A DNA stretch of 64,000 nucleotides from an uncultured virus (IMG/VR IMGVR_UViG_3300014057_000711) (taxonomy: Duplodnaviria; Heunggongvirae; Uroviricota; Caudoviricetes): IMG/VR virus record IMGVR_UViG_3300014057_000711; one strand, given 5' to 3'. Shown piece after piece: positions 58,656 through 64,000 of this stretch. The notes under the pieces are model-generated. The model was not told the origin of the DNA and did not search any database. It saw nothing but the letters and a program-made list of their open reading frames with translations. A program made the position numbers and the translations under genes. Positions within the stretch are counted from its first letter, which is position 1. Each line of letters opens with the position of its first letter.

Positions 58656-61600
58656 ATGAGCAACATAAGCACACAAGCAACAGTGAACCTGACCATCAAC
58701 GGTCAGCAACCTATCCAGGTGCTGCAGCAGCTTCGGCAGAACGCGCTGCAGCTGGAGAGTGCCATAGCACGGGCGGCGGCAGCGGGCAACCGCACCGACC
58801 TTCGCAGGCTGCGCCGTGAGCTCTCTGACACCCGAAGACAAATCCGTGAGATTGAGTCATCGACTATGCAGGTGGAGAGCGTGATGCGACGGCTAAACCG
58901 CGCCACCCCGAACGAGCTGAACCGAACCCTTCAGACGCTGAACCGACAGCTCCAATACATGGAGCGTGGCTCGGCGGCATGGGACTCACATGTCGCCAAG
59001 ATTCGCCAGGTGAAAGCGGAGATCTCATCGCTGAACGCGGAGATGCGGGCGCAGGAAGGGTTCTGGAAACGTTTCACACGGACGATGAACGACTGGCAGG
59101 CATCGCTGTTCACCGTGGCGGCAGTGCTCTCGGGCGTGGTGATGGCTGGCCGTCGTGCCGTGACCTCCTATGCCGAGATGGAGGAGCAGATGGCGAACAC
59201 CCGGAAATACACCCAGATGACGAAGGAGGAGGTGGATAAGCTGAATGAGGCGTTCCTTGATATGGACACCCGTACCGGGCGAGACAAACTGAACGAGTTT
59301 GCGCAGGAAGCAGGCCGACTGGGCAAGACTACCATGGAGGATGTCCAAGGCTACGTGGAGGCAGCGGACATCCTGTCGGTGGCTCTGGTGGATCTCGGTG
59401 AGGGTGCCACTCAGACTATCGCCAAGATTTCCAACATCTTCGGTGTGGAACAACTGCTTGGAACCAAGGAGGCGATGCTGTCTGTTGGCTCTACTGTGAA
59501 TGTGCTCTCGCAGAACTGTACCGCGTCTAAGCCGTACCTGGTGGAGTTTGCACAACGTTTGGCTGGTGTGGGCGCACAGGCGCACATGACTATACCACAG
59601 ATTCTTGCCTTCGGTGCTACACTGGATGCCAACGGTCAGAAGGTGGAGATGGCGGCCTCGGCATTGTCACGTACCATCATGAAGCTGTTCCAGTCGCCTA
59701 AGGAGATTGCGGAGTCTGTGGGCCTGGATGTGGAGCAGTTCATCTCGACTCTTAATGAATCGACAAACGAGGGTCTGATGATGTTCCTGGAGCGTCTGCA
59801 CCAGATTGGCGACAAGGACGCGCTGGCGGCTCTCTCTCCACTGTTCAAGGACCTGGGCATGGATGGCATCCGTATGGCGCAGGTGCTGTCTGTGCTCTCA
59901 GGCAAGCTGGAGATGGTACGATGGGAGCAGCAGGAGGCGAACAAGGCTTTCGACGAGGCTACATCTGCCACCCGTGAGTATGATATCTTCAACAACACGG
60001 CGCAGGCTGGCATCGAGAAGGCGAAGAAGCGCATCCATGAGCTGGCAGTGGAACTCGGTGAGAAACTGCTGCCTGTATACCGCCATATAATGACGAGCGG
60101 CAGCGCTATGCTGCGTCTGCTGAACATGGTGGCTGACTTTGTGATTAACCACAAGAATGCAATCATAACGGCTGTTGCTGCATGGGTGTCATACACTCTT
60201 ACGGTGAACGCATCCAACATCGCCTTCAAGGCTCATTACTACTGGCTGGTGCTAACGCAGGGGGCGATGCGGCTTCTCTCTACTGTGACTCTTGCGCTGA
60301 AGATAGCGTTCTTTGCGGTGACTGGGCAGATTGAGCGGGCAAAGGCTGCATATACTGCCTTCCATCTGCTGACAAAGAGCACGCCATGGGGAATAATAAT
60401 AGCGGCCATAACTGCTGTGGGTGTGGCGATATACAACATGGCGACAGCCACCAAGGAGGCGACGAGGTCGGAGAAGGAGCTGCAGCAGATGAACCAGGAG
60501 CTTCAAGAGACAAGGAACAGGTACCAGGAACGTCTTGACGTGGAGAAGCGCCGTATCAATGACCTGGTGGCTGTGGCTCGTGACGACAAGGCATCGATGG
60601 AGCAGCGCAAGAAGGCGATTGACACTCTTAACCGGATAATCCCCAACTACTGTGCCAAGCTGGACTCGGAGACGAAGAAGTACCATGAGAACAAGAAGGC
60701 TCTTGATGACTACCTTCTTTCTCTGGAGCGCAAGATCCGTCTGGAGTCGAACCGCGCCGAGTACGAGAGGCTGATCAAGGAGGATGAGCGTCTGTCCCGT
60801 GAGATTGCCACGGCACAGGACTATGACAAGGCAAGGGTGCAGGGTGCCATCGACACGCACAAAGGAAGCGGAAGCTTCGATATGATTTCGGCTGTGGCTC
60901 ATGCATACGGCGCGAGCACTACGCCTGGTGGCACCGTTACCGCTGTGCCTGACTCTAAGCGGGTGAAGGAGCTGAAGGGGCAGCAGGCTGCCGTGCGTAT
61001 GCAGATAAACAGACTGATTAAATACGCTGGTAAGGAGAACCTGATAAATGCTGGCTCTGCTGATGTGTCTGAACCCGACATTGTTGACCCGTCTTATACT
61101 CCTGGAGGTGGTGGCTCGGGAAGTGGCAGTGGCAGCAGCAAGAGTGGGAGCAGCGGTAGCCACACCAGTACTCGCACTACCAGTGGCAGTGGCACCACGA
61201 AGGCCGAGGACAGGTTTGCGGCAGAGAAGGCCTGGAGGGAGCGGGAGGAGGCACTGACGCGCATCTCCTACGCCACAGGTGTGCTTGACTATGAGGAGTA
61301 CAGCGAGAAGATGAATCAGATAGCTCAGGACTTCTACGAGAAGCAGCTGGCACATACTGACCTGAGCGAGAACGAGAGGCTGAAGATTATGGCTCAATAT
61401 GCCGAGGAGGCCCTGAAGATGGAGGAGCTGAAGTACAAGCACCGCCTGAAGGAGGAGAAGGACGCATACTCTGAGCTGCGGGCAGAGACTATGCAGGACT
61501 ATATTGACGGAAAGCTGTCGAAGAACGCCTACGACATGCAGATGGAGAACCTGGAGTATGCGCACCTGCGGGCTCTTGTCGACATAGCGGATGAGGGCTC

Positions 61601-62798
61601 TGACGAGAGAGCCGAGGCTGAGGAGAACCTGCGCAAGAAGCTCATAGAGGGGATGGAGCGCCGGCAGAGGGAGTACGAGGAGAAGGTTAGGGAGCACCAG
61701 CTGAAGCTCAAGGAGATGAAGGACGAGTACTTCGGCAACAATGCCGTGGAGGACAAGGCGCAGTTTGACGAGGCGATGGCGCTGCTGGATGAGCAGTACA
61801 AGAAGGAGCTTGACATGGTGGGTGACAACGCCAAGGAGAAGCTGCGCATCGAGGAGGCATACGAGAAGGCGAAGCTGGCCCTAAAGAAGAAGTACAACCA
61901 GCTCACGGAGACTGACACCAAGAACTTCATGCAGAAGTTCAACGAGGATGCCATGGAGTGGCTGGAGTCTGATGTGGGAAAGGCTGTCATCAAGTCTATA
62001 GAGGCTGTGACATCGGCGTTCTCGTCGATGTTCTCGCAGCTGCGCTCGCTGATGGAGGCTGAGATGGAGCTGGAGGTGGCGGCTGTGGAGAAGAAGTATG
62101 ACCGCGAGATTGAGGCTGCACAGGGGAATGCCTACCAGACGAAGCTGCTTGAGAAGAAGAAGCAGCAGGAGGTGAAGAAGATAAAAGACGAGGCGAACCG
62201 GAAGATGTATGCCATGGAGGTGATGCAGGCGCTGGCACAGACTGCCACTTCGGCAATAAATGCCTACTCATCGGCTGCGGCGATTCCTCTTGTGGGCTAC
62301 ATCATAGCTCCTATAGCGGCAGCGGCTGCACTGGCGGCTGGAATGATCCAGGTGGCTGCCATCAGGAAACAGGCGCAGAAGTCAGCGACTGAGGGGTATT
62401 CGGAGGGTGGTTTCACACGACCTGGACGTGTTGATGAGGTGGCTGGCGTGGTCCATGCCGGGGAATGGGTGGCTTCGCAGAAGTTGCTCGCCTCGCCTGT
62501 GGCGCGTCCGCTGATCAACGCTTTGGACTATGCGCAGCGCACTAATACTATAGGCTCGCTCCGTGGCAGTGATGTGTCACGCTCTATAACGGCACCAGCA
62601 GCTATCGCCAATATGCAACCGCAGGTGATAATAAAAGAGAATGCGGAACTGCGAGAGGCAATTAAGAGGCTGAACGCTCGATTGGATGAGCCGTTTGTTA
62701 CCGTGAACACCGTGACTGGCGATATGGGTATCAAGCAGGCGCAAGATGATTACCAAAGGCTGATGAATAATAAGTCCCCCAAGAATAAACGCAAGTAA
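58656..62798 (+). CDS. Phage tail tape measure protein
   Basis: 1380 aa, TP901-like core, coiled coils, 'TPWGIIIAAI', 'GYSEGGFT..G...EVAGVVHAGEWV'. Confidence 0.9.
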   Translation: MSNISTQATVNLTINGQQPIQVLQQLRQNALQLESAIARAAAAGNRTDLRRLRRELSDTRRQIREIESSTMQVESVMRRLNRATPNELNRTLQTLNRQLQYMERGSAAWDSHVAKIRQVKAEISSLNAEMRAQEGFWKRFTRTMNDWQASLFTVAAVLSGVVMAGRRAVTSYAEMEEQMANTRKYTQMTKEEVDKLNEAFLDMDTRTGRDKLNEFAQEAGRLGKTTMEDVQGYVEAADILSVALVDLGEGATQTIAKISNIFGVEQLLGTKEAMLSVGSTVNVLSQNCTASKPYLVEFAQRLAGVGAQAHMTIPQILAFGATLDANGQKVEMAASALSRTIMKLFQSPKEIAESVGLDVEQFISTLNESTNEGLMMFLERLHQIGDKDALAALSPLFKDLGMDGIRMAQVLSVLSGKLEMVRWEQQEANKAFDEATSATREYDIFNNTAQAGIEKAKKRIHELAVELGEKLLPVYRHIMTSGSAMLRLLNMVADFVINHKNAIITAVAAWVSYTLTVNASNIAFKAHYYWLVLTQGAMRLLSTVTLALKIAFFAVTGQIERAKAAYTAFHLLTKSTPWGIIIAAITAVGVAIYNMATATKEATRSEKELQQMNQELQETRNRYQERLDVEKRRINDLVAVARDDKASMEQRKKAIDTLNRIIPNYCAKLDSETKKYHENKKALDDYLLSLERKIRLESNRAEYERLIKEDERLSREIATAQDYDKARVQGAIDTHKGSGSFDMISAVAHAYGASTTPGGTVTAVPDSKRVKELKGQQAAVRMQINRLIKYAGKENLINAGSADVSEPDIVDPSYTPGGGGSGSGSGSSKSGSSGSHTSTRTTSGSGTTKAEDRFAAEKAWREREEALTRISYATGVLDYEEYSEKMNQIAQDFYEKQLAHTDLSENERLKIMAQYAEEALKMEELKYKHRLKEEKDAYSELRAETMQDYIDGKLSKNAYDMQMENLEYAHLRALVDIADEGSDERAEAEENLRKKLIEGMERRQREYEEKVREHQLKLKEMKDEYFGNNAVEDKAQFDEAMALLDEQYKKELDMVGDNAKEKLRIEEAYEKAKLALKKKYNQLTETDTKNFMQKFNEDAMEWLESDVGKAVIKSIEAVTSAFSSMFSQLRSLMEAEMELEVAAVEKKYDREIEAAQGNAYQTKLLEKKKQQEVKKIKDEANRKMYAMEVMQALAQTATSAINAYSSAAAIPLVGYIIAPIAAAAALAAGMIQVAAIRKQAQKSATEGYSEGGFTRPGRVDEVAGVVHAGEWVASQKLLASPVARPLINALDYAQRTNTIGSLRGSDVSRSITAPAAIANMQPQVIIKENAELREAIKRLNARLDEPFVTVNTVTGDMGIKQAQDDYQRLMNNKSPKNKRK

Positions 62799-62895
62799 TC
62801 CTATCAAATGTTATAATAGTTAAAAATCTATACTTGATATAACATCAATGCTTTTTATTCGTTTACTAAACTGTAATAATTATAACAATAAAGAT

Positions 62896-63408
62896 ATGAG
62901 AAAAATCGCATTTTTGCTGCTTATGGCAATCACAGTGACCCTTGCTGGTTGTGGTGGTGATGACCCGATTAGCGAGGAAGAATTCAGAACAAATGAACTG
63001 AGAAGTCAATACAACGAGAAAGTCTTAGGCTCTTGGTATCAAGAGAGGCAAAATGATGCCAACAAACTTTTTGAACAACTGAATTTCTCTGCCGACGGCA
63101 AACTGACTGGTTATGTCAAATGGCTGCGCAGAACCAAAGTAACTGTTGGGGGCGAAGAAGTATGGACTGATTGGGCTACCGAAGAAGACGGAGAGTTAAA
63201 TGGAACATGGAGTTTAGTTTGGGAAAAGGGTCTATCATGGATAGATCTTAATGCGACACTTTCCGGTCGTGAGTTCCTTTGGTATGGCAGCAAATTTCCA
63301 TTCCATGAAGCCACAGAAGAATATCTTGACTTTGAATCTCCATTTTGGCGCTTAAACAACAATTACTATACGATATACGAGAGAGGAGAATCTTCGCCAT
63401 CGTTCTAA
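62896..63408 (+). CDS. Lipocalin-like lipoprotein (moron)
   Basis: Lipobox 'LAGC', 'VLGSW', 'GTWSL'; lower GC than neighbours. Confidence 0.7.
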   Translation: MRKIAFLLLMAITVTLAGCGGDDPISEEEFRTNELRSQYNEKVLGSWYQERQNDANKLFEQLNFSADGKLTGYVKWLRRTKVTVGGEEVWTDWATEEDGELNGTWSLVWEKGLSWIDLNATLSGREFLWYGSKFPFHEATEEYLDFESPFWRLNNNYYTIYERGESSPSF

Positions 63409-63417
63409 TAGTGCTAT

Positions 63418-63453
63418 CGTCTTTTAAGGAATCAAGCGGTTGGTTTACCTTTG
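63418..63453 (+). promoter_or_regulatory. Putative late promoter CGTCTTTT-N20-TACCTTTG
   Basis: Conserved motif and spacing. Confidence 0.65.
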
Positions 63454-63529
63454 TGTAGATCAACCGCTTTTATTGTGCGCGATAGTGGTCTATACACTAT
63501 AAACAATACTCTATAAACCACGAAGTATC

Positions 63530-64000
63530 ATGGCTATATCACTTATCATTAACGGAAAGGAGGCTGCTCTGAAGAAGGGGGCCTCGATTGAGTATGTCTC
63601 GGAGAACCGTATCTTCACGGATGCTGATGACTACTCCATGGAGATAGAGCTGCCTCTTGCGGGATGTCAGCAGAACATCGATATCTTTGGGATGCTGACC
63701 CGGAAGGACATCGATGCTGATACGATATTCTTTGACGCTGTGCTGCAGGACACGAACTTCTACAAGCGTGGGGCTGTAGTGATCACCGGCATCACGCAGG
63801 AGACGGTGAAGGTGCAGTTCCTGGAGAAGCGCTCGTACCAGAACTTCTTTCCTCGCTTTGACGAGAAGTATATCAATGAGCTTGACCTCGGGGAGTGGCC
63901 GAGCATGGCACCAGCGAGTGTGACGCCTCAGCAGATGTGGTCACGATGGCAGGACTACACGGCGCTGCCCTGGGTGAACAACTCGTCGGGGGTGCTGCAG
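63530..64000 (+). CDS. Phage tail protein, runs off the window end
   Basis: Hand translation MAISLIINGKEAALKKGASIEYVSENRIFTDADDYSMEIELPL...; frame appears open to the end. Confidence 0.7.
   Translation, partial: MAISLIINGKEAALKKGASIEYVSENRIFTDADDYSMEIELPLAGCQQNIDIFGMLTRKDIDADTIFFDAVLQDTNFYKRGAVVITGITQETVKVQFLEKRSYQNFFPRFDEKYINELDLGEWPSMAPASVTPQQMWSRWQDYTALPWVNNSSGVLQ

Larger units (their letters stand above)
1..64000. mobile_element. Tailed prophage / phage-like element of a Bacteroidales host; both ends lie outside the window
   Basis: Co-oriented replication, head protease, capsid, terminase, portal, tail fibre, holin, amidase and tape-measure genes; no integrase or att site seen. Confidence 0.85.

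Noticed and set aside
61100..61200. ggcagt/ggcagc repeats in the tape measure gene
   Set aside because: Ordinary Gly/Ser linker coding
60252..61697. 481-aa minus-strand ORF
   Set aside because: Antisense shadow of the tape measure gene caused by codon bias
1..64000. Integrase, att sites, relaxase, tRNA or rRNA
   Set aside because: None recognisable in this window; element boundaries and any transfer genes must lie outside it or be absent

Overview
A tailed (siphovirus-like) prophage or phage-like element from a Bacteroidales host; the TAnnTTTG promoters and the sorting tail of the large surface protein point to a rumen/gut Muribaculaceae-like organism. The left arm (1-12.7 kb) has HTH regulators, a replication initiator, a DnaC-like ATPase, ArdA, a Clp-type head protease, capsid, tail tube, a PRTase, a PLD-like protein and terminase. 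About 31 kb of cargo follows (13-44 kb): a large surface protein, an XhoI/PaeR7I-type RM system bounded by a 129-bp direct repeat, an AT-rich island with a scaffold gap, a helicase IV-like gene and many small secreted proteins. The right arm (44-64 kb) has portal, head-tail/neck genes, tail fibre, holin, amidase, a 2.6-kb GC-rich non-coding hairpin field, tape measure and a tail protein. No integrase, tRNA, rRNA, CRISPR array or reverse transcriptase was recognised. The non-coding architecture is the most striking part. (i) Three ~350-480-nt fold-back modules carry a perfect Bacteroidota -7 promoter facing AWAY from the gene they precede (ArdA and two small-gene units); they are candidate single-stranded-DNA promoters or invertible switches. 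(ii) Six YGTCTTTT-N20-TAnnTTTG promoters precede structural genes. (iii) Several promoter-hairpin-terminator small-RNA cassettes. (iv) A co-oriented modular intergenic repeat family. All protein calls come from motif recognition by eye; no database searches were run.
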